Position numbers and translations under genes: made by a program | NCBI RefSeq assembly: GCF_009914755.1 | Contig: NC_060931.1 | Source of the DNA: the human T2T-CHM13v2.0 reference genome, Homo sapiens | Reading direction: 5' to 3' (one strand) | Length of the DNA: 64,000 nucleotides | In this document: positions 43,057 through 61,033 of the stretch, piece after piece | How the letters are laid out: every line of letters begins with the position of its first letter | How positions within the stretch are numbered: position 1 is the first letter of the stretch | Notes under the pieces: generated by a model | The model's database searches: none | What the model was told of the DNA's origin: nothing | What the model saw: the letters and a program-made list of their open reading frames with translations, nothing else

Positions 43057-43687
43057 TCTGAGACTATTTGAAACTTACTTTTTAATGGAAATTAGGTGCA
43101 TAAAACTGGCTTAATCATGACCCTTGAATTATGACACAGTAGAGTCATTTACCCAAGAATGGCCTGTTTTATTTTATTTTATCTTTAAAATATAATGAAC
43201 ACTTGGAAATTCATTACCAAACTTCAGCTCTTCACCAAATCTGAGAACTTAAAATATTAACAGTTAACTTAAACATTTACCAATAAGAATAACAACAATA
43301 ATAATAATACCTCAGTGGATTGGTTAGCAACATATTAAACACATTTGACAGAGAATTAAAGAATCAAAAGAGAGAGCAGATTCCAAGACAATGAGAAAAG
43401 AGTGAGAAAAGAATATGGAAAATATAAAAGGAAATTTAAGAGATAAGAAATTTCAAATATGGTGGCCTAAATGGAGTCTAAGCAAAAGACAATAGAGAAT
43501 ATGGAGAAAAGGTGATGACTCACCAAGAGGTAATGACTGACATTTTTTTCAGAACTGATAAAGGATATCAAGCATCGTATTTTAAAAACCCAATAAAACC
43601 AAAGCCAATTATATAGAAATTCATACCTAAAATGGTATAATGAAACTGAGAACAAGAAGATTGAACCACACATTTTTTCTTTTTTTA

Positions 43688-44908
<1,221 letters not shown>

Positions 44909-45370
44909 TGGCTCTTGAGTTCTTTATTGTGGGAGATTTGTCTATCACTGCAGCAATACTGTACTGTCTTGATTACAAGAGCTTTAGAATAATTCTTGTT
45001 ATCTGGTAAAGCAAGTATGCCCGCTTTGGTATTCTCTTTACATGAACGCTTTGATGATTTCATACAAATTTTAAAATTAGCTTGACAAATTCTAAAAAAA
45101 CTTTTCAGAAATTTGATTGGAATTTCTTTGAATCTATAAAGCAATTTTGAGATAACTTATATCTTTATTATATTGAGTCTTCCAGTCTATAAACATGGTA
45201 TATTGCTCCATTTACTTTCATTTTCTTTAAATGTATATCATTAAATTAAAAAAATTTTCTCATTAAAGGTTCTACACATTTGTTATTTTTGGAACTGCTG
45301 TTTTATATATTTTAATGTTATTGTAAATGGGATCAGTTTTAGAAATAACATTTTCAGTGTTTATTGTTGT
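44909..45370 (-). mobile_element. Old L1M ORF2 fragment
   Basis: LYRFKEIPIK...[21 protein letters not shown], a degenerate ORF2. Confidence 0.8.
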
Positions 45371-45389
45371 TAAAAAAAAAAAAAAAAAA

Positions 45390-45519
45390 TTTTTTTAGAG
45401 ACAAGTTCTCACACTGCCACCTAGGCTGAAGTGTAGTGGTGGTATCATACCTCAACTGATTCTTCAACCTCAGCCTCCAGAGTAGCTGGGATTACAAGCA
45501 CAGGCCACTATGCCTGGCC
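45390..45519 (-). mobile_element. Monomeric Alu (FLAM-like)
   Basis: About 130-bp single arm with a T tail. Confidence 0.75.
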
Positions 45520-45559
45520 TGAACATTTTCAACTTAAAACTGTGTAATTGTCAAACAGC

Positions 45560-47180
45560 TAGGGAGGAAGAAAAGATGAATAAACTAAGAGTAACATGGA
45601 TGCTGGAGAACAATAGAATAATATATGCAGAGTTTATTGAGAAAAAAAAATCACAACCTGGATTTGTAGAGACCTCAGAAGTTTCTCAAAAAAATGCCTG
45701 CCCCTGGTCTCATCTTTGTCGGAAGATAAAGAAAAAATGAACACATAGTGATAGATCTTCACTAGGGAAATTCCTAAAGACGTAATTCAGGAGGAAGGAA
45801 AAGAAGCCCAGAAAAGAAGATTTGAATGCAAGAAGGAAAGAAAATTGAAAAAATATATAATTGTAGATAAATCTAAGGAAGTATTGATTAGAATTAAGAT
45901 GTGATTAGAATTAAGATCCTGGTTTCAAATGGGGATTAGGAATTAAGTTTGGACTTCGTTAAAAGTACACTATAAAATTTTAAAGATATTAACCAATAAA
46001 ATAGAAATAGGACATATAACTTCCAAATTAGTAAAGAAAAAATACGTGATTAAAAAAAAAAAACCAAAAGCAAAATAAGCCAAAGGGAATGAAAAAAAGA
46101 AAAATAAATGAGACAAATATAAAGCAAAAAGTTATGTGGTAGAAACTGGTAAAATATTTCAGTACTATATAGGCAAAAAATATCAACAAAAGACAACCTG
46201 GATAGCTGTTTTAATAATCAGACAACCTGGATAGCTGTTTTAATATCAGCTGTTTTAATTTAAGACAAAAGAAAAGCTTTATTTGTGATTTATTTTTTAA
46301 AAAATCACTATATGAAGATGAGAAGTTCAATTAATCAAGGTCGTTTAAACATTTAACTTTGTATACATATAGTTAAATAGCTTCAAAATACTCAAGGAAA
46401 AGGTAATTAAAACTATAATAAGAAATGGACAGCTTTCCAACTTTGACCCGAGAGAATGGCTCCTGCAAAGAAGGGTGATGAGAAGAAAAAGGGCCATTCT
46501 GCCATCAACGAGGTGGTGACCCGAGAATACACCATCAATATTCACAAGTGCATCCATGGAGTGGGCTTAAGAAGCGTGCCCCTCGGGAACTCAAAGAGAT
46601 TCTGCAATTTGCCATGAAGGAGATGGGAACTCCAGATGTGCACATTGATACCAGGTGCAACAAAGAGGTCTGGGCCAAAGGAATAAGGTATGACCCACAC
46701 GGTATCTGTGTGCGGTTGTCCAGAAAACGTAATGAGGATGAAGATTCACCAAATAAGCTCTATATTTTGGTTACCTACATACCTGTTACCACTTTCAAAA
46801 ATCTAAAGACAGTCGATGTGGATGAGAACTAATCGCTGATCGTCAAATACATCAAATAAAGTTATAAAATTGCAAAAAAAAAAAGAGGAAATGGACAATC
46901 ACCATTAAAGGGAGAGATGTCAACACAGCTCTCTATTATTGAGAGGCCAATGGATAGAAAAGGTTTGAACAATGAAATAGGCTATACATATACAGAACCC
47001 TCCACCTAAAACAGAGAATGCAAATTCTTCTCTAGCACATAGGAAATAAGTAAAAAAAAAAAAAAAAAAAAAAAGGCCACAAGCAAGGTTTTTTACTTTT
47101 AGGTCAAAAAACTTTAAAAATTGCTATCAGACTATATTTGCTTATGACAATGCAATTATGTTATAAATTAATAACAAAAA
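45560..47180 (+). mobile_element. Very old L1M ORF1-end/endonuclease-region remnant; host of the RPL31 pseudogene and probably continuous with 43300-43670
   Basis: A-rich decayed EN motifs (gctgttttaataatcagaca, aagttcaattaatcaag, gagatgtcaacacagctctc). Confidence 0.55.
46432..46887 (+). pseudogene. RPL31: Processed pseudogene of 60S ribosomal protein L31 (RPL31P, number unknown)
   Basis: ATG at 46456 ([31 protein letters not shown]) to TAA at 46830-46832 (..TVDVDEN); intronless; 1-bp deletion near 46567 (ggcttaagaag); AATAAA 46855-46860; poly(A); TSD GAAATGGACA at 46422-46431 and 46888-46897. Confidence 0.97.
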
Positions 47181-47182
47181 AG

Positions 47183-48442
47183 TTACATCTGACAAAGGTC
47201 TGATATCCAGAATCTACAAAAAACTTAAAAAAATGAAAAAGAAGCAACCGCATTAAAAAATGGGCCAAAGACACGAACAGACACATCTCAAAAGAAGACA
47301 TACAAGAAGCTAACAAACATGAAAAAAAAGTTCCACATCACTAATCATCAGAGAAATACAAAACAAAACCACAGTGAGACACCACCTCATACCAGTCAGG
47401 ATGGATATTATTAAAAAGGTCAAAAAACAACACATGTTGGTGAGACTGTAGAGAAAAGGGACTGCTTACACACTGTTGGTGGGAGTGGAAAGTACTTCAG
47501 TCAGTGTGGAAAACAGTTTGAAGATTTCTCAAAGAACCTAAAACAGAACCACCATTTAACTCAGAAATCCCATTACTGGGTATATATCCAAAAGAAAATA
47601 AATCATTCTACCAAAAGACACATGCACTCACACCTTCATTGCAACATTATTCACAATATCAAAGACATGGAATCAACCTAGGTGCCCACCAACAGTGGAT
47701 TAGATACAGAAAATGTGGTGCATATATAACAAGAAATACGAAGGAGTCATAAAAAGAATGAAATCATGCCCTTTGCCTCAACATGGATGCAGCTGCAGGC
47801 CTGATATGGTTAGGCTTTCTGTCCCCACTCAAATCTCATCTTGAATTGTGATCCCCATAATCCAAGGGAGAGACCAAGTGGAGGTAATTGAATCATGGGG
47901 GCAGTTTCCCCATGCTGTTCTCATGATAGTAAGTGAGTTCTCACAAGATCTGATGGTTTTATAAGGGGCTCTTCCCTCTTTGCTCAGCATTTCTCTTTCC
48001 TACCACCTTGTAAAAAGGTGCCTTGGTTCCTCTTCACCTTCCACCATGATTTTAAGTTTCCTGAGGCCTCCTCAGCCATGCAGAACTGTGAGTCAATTAA
48101 ACTTCTTTCCTTTATAAATTACCCAGTGTCAGGCAGTTCTTTATAGCAATGTGAAAACGAACTAATACAAGTGAATTCAAAAAGGAACAGAAAACCCAGC
48201 AAATACTGTATGTTCTCACTTATAAGTAGGAGCTAAACATTGGGTACTCATGGACATAAAAATGGCAACAATAGAAACTGGGGACTACTAGATGGGGGAG
48301 GGAGGAAGGGAGGCAAGGGTTGAAAAACTAAATGTTGAGTATTAGAATCAGAACCTGGGTGACAGGATAATTTGTATACCAAATCCCAGCATCATGTAAT
48401 ATACCCATGTACATGTTACTACTGAATCTAAAATAAAAGTTG
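47183..48442 (+). mobile_element. L1PB/L1PA16-like 3' portion, interrupted by a MaLR LTR
   Basis: ORF2 C-terminal region plus 3' UTR ending gaatctaaaataaaagttga. Confidence 0.85.
47802..48169 (+). mobile_element. THE1D/MSTA-type MaLR solo LTR
   Basis: TGATATGG...CTAATACA termini; TAATTGAATCA at 47885-47895; ATTAAA poly(A) signal. Confidence 0.9.
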
Positions 48443-48635
48443 AGCCAGGCACTTTGACTCACACCTGTAATCCCAGCACTTTGGGAGGGCAAGGCAGGAA
48501 GATTGCTTGAACCCAGGAATTGAAGACCAGCCTGGGCAACGTGGTGAAACCCTGTCTCTATTAAATATATACATACATACATACATAAAAACATAAATAA
48601 ATAAAATAAACTAAAAACTAGAAAAGAAACTTTTA
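48443..48635 (+). mobile_element. Monomeric Alu (FLAM_C-like) with (CATA)/(AAAT) tail
   Basis: Left arm only; flanked by aaaagttga repeats. Confidence 0.8.
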
Positions 48636-48860
48636 AAAAAGTTGAAAAAGATTATAAAAGTAAATACAATCTCAAATCATTTAAACCACAATTCTAAGTG
48701 ACTTTTGAGATTGAATATTTTGTTCACTGAATCTACGCATATACATAACTAAACAAACTGAAATTCTATCATTTCAGCATACCTATTTTGATAAATCAAG
48801 ATTTAACTATATATAAAATATATAGGAAACTACCAAAAGATATTGAAAATAAGAATGTAA

Positions 48861-49067
<207 letters not shown>

Positions 49068-49086
49068 TAACATTTTTAAGATACAA

Positions 49087-49325
49087 TAGGGTGTCCAAAC
49101 TTTTGGCTTCCCTGGGCCACATTAGAAGAAGAAGAATTGTCTTGGGCTGTGCATAAAATACACTAACACTAATGACAGCTGATGAGCTAAAAAGCAAATT
49201 GCAAAAATAAAAATAAAAATAAAAATCTCATAATATTATAAGAAAGTTTACGAATTTGTGTTGGGCTGCATGCAAAGCCATCCTGGACCATATGTGGCCT
49301 GTGGACTGTGGCTTAGTCAAGCTGA
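49087..49325 (+). mobile_element. MER30 (hAT-Charlie MITE)
   Basis: gggtgtccaaacttttggcttccctgggccacatt...taaaatacactaacactaatga...aagaaagtttacgaatttgtgttggg. Confidence 0.88.
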
Positions 49326-49545
49326 TATTGGATAAGGAAAGAGCTAACAGAAAGTGTGAATTGCTCATTTTCTTATTTATTTCTGCAGGGAATAGAACCA
49401 TTTAAATTTGCTAAATTAAAAAATAGAAGATTAACTGTAATATTATATAAACTGCTATAAAGTTAAGTAGAAGTTTTAAAACAGACAAAACATTGTTGAA
49501 CTTATAAAAAGAAAAACCACACACATAAAAAAAAAAAAAATCCAA

Positions 49546-49846
49546 GGCTGAGTGCAGTGTCTCATGCCCATAATCCCAGCACTTTGAGAGGCTGAAGCAG
49601 GAGGATCACTTGAGCCCAGAAGTTCAAGACCAACCTGGGAAACATAGCAAGACCTTGTTTCTACCAAAAAAAAAAAAAAAAAATTAAATAGCTGGGCATG
49701 GTGACATACACTTGTAGTCTCAGCCACTTGGGAGGCTGAAGTGGGAGGATCACTTGAGCCTAGAAGTTCAAGGCTGCCATGAGCTATGATCACACCACTG
49801 CACTCCAGCCTGGGTGACAGAGCAAGACCCTGTCACCAAGAAATAA
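49546..49846 (+). mobile_element. AluJ
   Basis: Dimer with J-type ggaggatcacttgagcc and gagctatgatcacacc. Confidence 0.92.
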
Positions 49847-50069
49847 AGCCTAATACATTTATTGTATCGACAAATATAAATGGCATATATTCATCTACTA
49901 AAAGAAAAACTCTCATATTGGGTACAATTTTTAAATTGTATATTGTGTATATGAGACATCTAAAACAATGTGATTCACAAAAGATTAAAAAACAAGAATA
50001 TATAAATACAGTCACGCAAAGCTAACTGAAACAAGAGTTAAAATATAATCTTTTTTAATATATAAATAT

Positions 50070-50285
50070 TAATTGGAGACCACATTTGCTGAGTGCTGTG
50101 TGCCAGGAATGTGCTTTACATAAATGATACGTTAAATCCTAAAAACAGCCCTCTGAAGCGTATTGGCCACATTTTACAGATGAAGGAACTGAAGCACAGA
50201 GAGATTTAAAAACGTATTCAAAGTTGTATAACTGGTCATCAGAGGAGACAGAATTCCAACCCAAATTTTCTAGCTCTAGATCCTG
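50070..50285 (-). mobile_element. MIR
   Basis: cacattttacagatgaaggaactgaagcacagagag. Confidence 0.75.
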
Positions 50286-50446
50286 TCTAGCAGCAATATT
50301 CTGTCTTTACAGTTAAAAAAATAAAAGAACTATTTAAAATGTATAATTTTAGTTGCACAGAACTTTTTTTAGAAAGGATACACTAGAAATTATCAAAATA
50401 GTAGTTACCTTTACAGAGAATGACTAGGAATGAAAAGAGGATTTTA

Positions 50447-51353
50447 GGGCGGAGGAGCCAAGATGGCCGAATAGTAACAGCTCCCGTCTACAGCTCCCAG
50501 CGTGAGCGACGCAGAAGACGGGTGGTTTCTGCATTTCCATCTGAGGTACCGGGTTCATCTCACTAGGGAGTGCCAGACAGGGGGCGCAGGCCAGTGGGTG
50601 CGCGCACCGTGCGCGAGCCGAAGTAGGGCGAGGCATTGCCTCACCTGGGAAGCGCAAGGGGTCAGGGAGTTCCCTTTCCGAGTCAAAGAAAGGGGTGACG
50701 GACGCACCTGGAAAATCAGGTCACTCCCACCCGAATATTGCGCTTTTCAGACCGGCTTAAAAAATGGCGCACCACGAGACTATATCCCACACCTGGCTCG
50801 GAGGGTCCTACGCCCACGGAATCTCGCTGATTGCTAGCACAGCAGTCTGAGATCAAACTGCAAGGCGGCAGCGAGGCTGGGGGAGGAGCGCCCGCCATTG
50901 CCCAGGCTTGCTTAGGTAAACAAAGCAGCCGGGAAGCTTGAACTGGGTGGAGCCCACCACAGCTCAAGGAGGCCTGCCTGCCTCTGTAGGCTCCACCTCT
51001 GGGGGCAGGGCACAGACAGACAAAAAGACAGCAGTAACCTCTGCAGACTTAAATGTCCCTGTCTGACAGCTTTGAAGAGAGCAGTGGTTCTCCCAGCACG
51101 CAGCTGGAGATCTGAGAACCGGCAGACTGCCTCCTCAAGTGGGTCCCTGACCCCTGACCCCCGAGCAGCCTAACTGGGAGGCACCCCCCAGCAGGGGCAC
51201 ACTGACACCTCACATGGCAGGGTATTCCAACAGACCTGCAGCTGAGGGTCCTCTCTGTTAGAAGGAAAACTAACAAACAGAAAGGACATCCACACCAAAA
51301 GCCCATCTGTACATCACCATCATCAAAGACCAAAAGTAGATAAAACCCCAAAG
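50447..51353 (+). promoter_or_regulatory. L1 5' UTR internal sense/antisense promoter, CpG-rich
   Basis: YY1 site CAAGATGGCCG near the 5' end; the only CpG-dense region in the window. Confidence 0.85.
50716..50898 (-). CDS. L1 ORF0, truncated to 60 aa
   Basis: MAGAPPPASLPPCSLISDCC...RVGVT followed by a premature TGA; canonical ORF0 is 71 aa. Confidence 0.75.
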   Translation of the reverse strand: MAGAPPPASLPPCSLISDCCASNQRDSVGVGPSEPGVGYSLVVRHFLSRSEKRNIRVGVT

Positions 51354-52370
51354 ATGGGGAAAAAACAGAACAGAAAAACTGGAAACTCTAAAACGCAGAG
51401 TGCTTCTCCTCCTCCAAAGGAACGCAGTTCCTCACCAGCAACGGAACAAAGCTGGATGGAGAATGACTTTGACGAGCTGAGAGAAGAAGGCTTCAGACGA
51501 TCAAATTACTCTGAGCTATGGGAGGACATTCAAACCAAAGGCAAAGAAGTTGAAAACTTTGAAAAAATTTTAGAAGAATGTATAACTAGAATAACCAATA
51601 CAGAGAAGTGCTTAAAGGAGCTGATGGAGCTGAAAACCAAGGCTCGAGAACTACGTGAAGAATGCAGAAGCCTCAGGAGCCGATGCGATCAACTGGAAGA
51701 AAGGGTATCAGCAATGGAAGATGAAAGGAATGAAATGAAGTGAGAAGGGAAGTTTAGAGAAAAAAGAATAAAAAGAAATGAGCAAAGCCTCCAAGAAATA
51801 TGGGACTATGTGAAAAGACCAAATCTACGTCTGATTGGTGTCCCTGAAAGTGATGGGGAGAATGGAACCAAGTTGGAAAACACTCTGCAGGATATTATCC
51901 AGGAGAACTTCCCCAATCTAGCAAGGCAGGCCAACGTTCAGATTCAGGAAATACAGAGAACGCCACAAAGATACTCCTCAACAAGAGCAACTCCAAGACA
52001 CATAATTGTCAGATTCACCAAAGTTGAAATGAAGGAAAAAATGTTAAGGGCAGCCAGAGAGAAAGGTTGGGTTACCCTCAAAGGGAAGCCCATCAGACTA
52101 ACAGCTGGTCTCTCGGCAGAAACCCTACAAGCCAGAAGAGAGTGGGGGCCAATATTCAACATTCTTAAAGAAAAGAATTTTCAACCCAGAATTTCATATC
52201 CAGCCAAACTAAGCTTCATAAGTGAAGGAGAAATAAAATCCTTTACAGACAAGCAAATGCTGAGAGATTTTGTCACCACCAGGCCTGCCTTACAAGAGCT
52301 CCTGAAGGAAGCACTAAACATGGAAAGGAACAAACAGTACCAGCCGCTGCAAAATCATGCCAAAATGTAA
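51354..52370 (+). pseudogene. L1 ORF1 with one nonsense codon (codon 130)
   Basis: 338-codon frame preserved; TGA at 51741-51743 (CGA>TGA). Confidence 0.95.
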
Positions 52371-52406
52371 AGACCGTCAACACTAGGAAGAAACTGCATC
52401 AACTAA

Positions 52407-56261
<3,855 letters not shown>

Positions 56262-56476
56262 ACAATGAGATCACATGGACACAGGAAGGGGAATATCACA
56301 CTCTGGGGACTGTTGTGGGGTGGGGGGAGGGGGGAGGGATAGCATCGGGAGATATACCTAATGCTAGATGACGAGTTAGTGGGTGCAGCGCACCAGCATG
56401 GCACAGGCATACATATGTAACTAACCTGCACAATCTGCACATGTACCCTAAAACTTAAAGTATATAAAAAAAAAAA

Positions 56477-56651
56477 TTTAGCATACTTTAACTCATAAAA
56501 AAAAAAAGAAAATATTAGAGATTTTCAAAAATATAAAATAGTGGGACAATGTTTTTTGTTTGGAAGTTTTGTTAAGTTAACATATAATGGGCTTACTGTT
56601 ATTTTTTTAACAAATAAATATATAAAACATATTTTACTTAATTTAAAAAAA
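56477..56651 (+). other. L1 3'-transduced sequence
   Basis: Non-L1 sequence between the L1 A tract and the 3' TSD; AATAAA at 56613-56618, then an A tract. Confidence 0.88.
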
Positions 56652-58079
56652 GAAAAGAGGATTTTACTTTTTATTTTTCTTTTTTGTTATTTGTTTATTT
56701 AATAGTGGGAGGGAGTTAAATATTGCTTTTTGTGTGTTATTGGATGCATACAAAGGACTATATGTACATTTTGAAGCATATCAATAAAATCTCTGAGAAT
56801 TACTCAGCTTAAAAACAAACATTGCTAATACTATTACATCTATATTAATACTCTATTATAAACTTCAAAACATGTGAATGTTGTACTTATTTTTTAATTA
56901 AAAATTTCAACTGGCTGATACAACTATACCATTATTGTGTTTTTCTAAATATTTTTAAAGGAATCAAAAAATAAGGTAAAGTGGGGAGGTGGATCAGAAT
57001 GTGACTTTCCCAAAAATATAATGGTTACGAGGCCCAGTCCCACACGGGGGTGTGACAACACATTATATACAGCAATGCCCTTGATGAAACTCACGTGTGT
57101 CTCACTTAAGGCAATATAAGCCACTATTGAAATATCCACTGTACATTTATATAACAGGTTATTGTACAACCTCTCAAAGGGTGAGTTCCAAGAGGAAAAA
57201 AGCAACTTTATGCAAGTACTTCACTTAAAAATAATGTGTATGAAAAAATTTTACCCATGGATAGAGACTCTTACCACTATTAACGATAACATCAGAACTT
57301 ACCTCAGCAGGTACCATCAGCTTTTGTAACTCTACTCTTTGTCTTTGCCAACATCACTTTTAGCTTAAAAAAATAAAAAGGGAAAAAAAGCACCTGAAAG
57401 CCTTGAAACCCAACAATCTTTCCTACATAATTCTGTGATGAACAAACAAGTATTGTTCAACTGTTCCACAATAAGGTTAAGGACCTTTAATAATAATTTC
57501 AGCACATTGACAATATTATCAAAAGCTTTATTCTAATTCTGAACACACAGGCAGAATAAGCTGTGTCACTGGTGCTTTTAGGTGTTCTTTTAGAAATCCA
57601 TTTTTAATATTCTGGTACTATATAAAATCTTTAGCACTTAATGGAAAAGTTTCCATTCTTGAGACAGCTACTTACATGAAATAATGTTTCTTACTAGCAG
57701 ATGGAGTGCTAACAGAATTTTTAATAAATCCACATTTCTTAGAAATACATTTTGTATAATACATTATTTTCAAGTGATAGTTTACTTCTTTCACTGCAAA
57801 CTGTTGAAGTAAAAATTCAGGAAATTTGATGTGAAGATGCTATTTGAAACACTCCAAAAAAAAAACAAAACTCCACAGAACTTCAATCCTTCAGCAAAAT
57901 CCTGGCACTGCTAGCATCAATATGACTTCAGCAAAAGGATCTTAAAAGTATTAACTAGCTACAACATCTTATTGTCTCTGGAATAATCTATACATTGTTA
58001 CATTCATACTTTAGAATACATATTAAATATAGGCAAAAGCCACTTAAGATAATCATTCTACTTCCAGGTAAAGTAATTA

Positions 58080-58280
58080 TTATTATTAGAGAAATACAAT
58101 TTATTGAGGATATCATGAGCCAAGACTCTTCTAGGTGTCCTGTATACACTTTCTTTAGTCTGCACAATTGTATTACAATTCTTTGATGAGAAAATGAGAG
58201 GTGAGAGAAATTAAGTAACCTGGTGAAAGTTCCACTGCTGGAAAATGACAGCGCTGCTTTCTGAACCTGAGTCTGACCAC
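58080..58280 (-). mobile_element. MIR
   Basis: gatgagaaaatgagaggtgagagaaattaagtaacctgg...tgaacctgagtctg. Confidence 0.65.
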
Positions 58281-58515
58281 CTCAAAAGTTTTTTTATTGT
58301 CCCATGCATCCTCCACCATTTTTGGTGTATAAATCTTAGTTTTTCATCTGGGTTGAAAATCAGCCTAAAATGTAATTTGTGTAATAATTTAGAGAGAAAA
58401 TTATGCTTTATTTCACCAGTGGCATTTTTAAAAAGTGATCCAGCTGATCAGTTTTTAACAAACTGGTATTTGTATTCCTTCCTGCCATGCTCTCCACCAA
58501 TCTACCTTTTTTCTC

Positions 58516-60376
58516 TGATATGGTTTGATTCTGTGACCCCACCTGAATCTCATCTCAAACTGTAATCCCTATAGGTCAAGAGAGGGACCTGGTGGTAGGT
58601 AATTGGCTATGGGATGGTTTCCCCCATGCCCTCATGACGGTGTGTGAGTTCTCATGAGGTCTGATGGTTTAAAAGTGTGAGGCAGTGCCCCTCTCTCTCC
58701 TGCCACCTTGTGAAGAAGGTACTTGCTTCTCCTTCGCCTCCCACCATAATTGCAAGTTTCCTGAGGACTTCCCAGCTGTGCAGAACTGTGAGTCAATTAA
58801 ACCTCTTTTGTTTATAAGTTATCAGTCTCAGGTATGTCTTTATAGTAGTGTGAAAATGTACTAATATAGAAAGTTGGTACAGGGAATTTGGGGCACTGCT
58901 ATAAAGACACCTGAAAATGTGGAAGCAACTTTAGAAATGGGTAATGGGCAGTGGTTGGAATGCTTTAGAGAGTTCAGAAGAAGACAGGAAAATGTGGGAA
59001 AGTTTGGAACTTCCTAGAAACTTGTTGAATGGTTTTGACCAAAATGCTGATAGTGATATAGACAAGGCTGAGGTGGTCTCAGATGGAGATGAGGAATTTC
59101 TTGGTAACTGGAGGAAAGATCACTCTTGCTATGCTTTGGCAGAGACTGGCAGCATTTTGCACCTGCCTTAGAGATCTGTGGAACTTTGAAGTTGAGAGAG
59201 ATGATTTAGGGTATCTGGCAGAAGATATTTCTAAGTAGCAAAGCATTCAAGAGATGACCTGGCTCTTTCTGAATGTGTACAGTCATATATGTTCACAAAG
59301 AGATGATCTGAAATTGGAACTTATGTTTAAAAGGGAAGCAGAGTATAAAAGTTTGGAAAATTTGCAGCCTGACCATGTGGTAGGAAAGAAAAACCCATTT
59401 TCTGGAGAGAAATTCAAACTGGCTGCCAAACTTTGCATAAGTAACCTGACAATGGAGAAAAAGTCTCAAGGACATTTCAGAGATCTTCACAGCAGCCTTT
59501 CCCATTACAGGCCCAGAGGCCTAGGAAGGAAATATGGTTTTGTGGGCTAGGCCTAGGGCCCCACTGCTCTATGCAGCACCTCGGGACATGGTGTCCTGCA
59601 CCCCAGTCACTCCAGCTCCAGCCATGGCTAAAAGGGACCAAGGTACAGCTTGGGCCATTGCCTCAGAGGGTGCAAGCTCCAAGCCTTGACAGCTTTCACA
59701 TGGTGTTGGGCCTGTGCACAGAAGACAAGAGTTGATGTTTGGGAACATCCACCTAGATTTTAGAGGATGTATGGAAATGCCTCCGTGTCCAGGCAGAAGT
59801 CTGATGCTGGGGTGGAGCGTTCATGAAGGACCTCTACTAGGGCAATGCAGAGGGGAAATGTGGGGTTGGAGCCCCACACATTGACCCTACTGGGGCACTG
59901 CCTAGGAGCTGTGAGAAGTGGGCCATCGTCCTCCAGACCCCAGAATGGTAGGTCCACCAACAGCTTGCATGGTGAGCCTGGAAAAATCACAGGCACTCAA
60001 CACCAGCCTGTGAAAGAAGCTATGGGGTGGAGCTGCCCAAGGTTGTGGGAGCCCACCGCTTGCATCAGTGTGGCCTGGATGTGAGACATGGAGTCAAAGG
60101 AGATTATTGTGGAGCTTTAAGATTTAATGACTGCCCAGCTGTTTTTCAGACTTGCAATTCTTACTCACTATCTGATTGTTTTAAAGTGTGAGGGAGTTCC
60201 CTGCCCCTGCCTCCTTGTGAAAAAGGTACTAGCTTCTCCTTCTCCTTCTGCCATGATTATAAGTTTCCTGAGGCCACCCCAGCCATGTAGAACTGTGATT
60301 AGATTAAACTTCTTTTATTTATAGATTACCTGGTCTCAGGTATGTCTTTATAGCAGTGTGAAAATGGACTTGTACA
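58516..60376 (+). mobile_element. MSTA-type MaLR provirus, with a deletion across the internal/3' LTR junction
   Basis: 5' LTR 58516-58868; internal ORF remnant (GSGWNALESSEEDRKMWESLE); partial 3' LTR ~60158-60376; TSD ttctc/ctctc. Confidence 0.88.
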
Positions 60377-60621
60377 CTCTCCTTATACAGTATTTTTCCA
60401 TCAACTATCCACACACTTTTATGATAAAACCTAATGCTATGAAGTACTTTAGGAAGGCAGGATAAGAGACTAATATAGTCAGCAATTTGCAGTGGAAAAT
60501 ACCAAGTAAAGTAATAGAAAAAATCATCTGTGGCCCAGACTAGCTCTATAGGTATGCTCAGAAAATGACTCATGAGCAAGACTTTTTGAAATTTTAGGAG
60601 TTTGTGACATATGCTACATTG

Positions 60622-61033
60622 TGTTACAAACTGGAAGCTGACTCAGGTTGTGATTAGCTGCAGGAGGTTTTTCAGGGAATGCTCTTAGGATCAACACCGG
60701 TGGAAGGGAGGGGAAGAAAGCAAGATTAGGCAAAGGGGGAAGTTGGTCGTTCTGATGCAGTCCCAATGAAGGCCTCATTTGAATCTACAGGGAGCTCTGG
60801 AGCTGGGATGGCTCTTCTGTGTTATCTCAAGTTGTGACAACGGGGCTGAGAAATTATACCTCCTGGTTGATCAGTCACTGGAGACAGGCTGCTCTGGAAG
60901 GGGCCCAGATCTTGGGCAAGGCAATTTTCTTCGGTTGAGTTAATCCCAAAGAGGTTTGATAGCTGCAGACCCTTTCCCAGCACTATTTCCACAGGTAACA
61001 GGGGTCTGGGCAGCACATCACATGTTCACCACA
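60622..61033 (-). mobile_element. LTR16-family ERVL LTR
   Basis: acagggagctctggagctgggatggc and tctgggcagcacatcacatgttcaccaca match the recalled LTR16 consensus read antisense. Confidence 0.65.

Noticed and set aside
46191-46259. 29-bp tandem duplication agacaacctggatagctgttttaat
   Set aside because: Simple slippage duplication in an old L1; no spacers, so not CRISPR-like.
56314-56338. G-quadruplex-forming G tract
   Set aside because: Standard feature of the L1 3' UTR.
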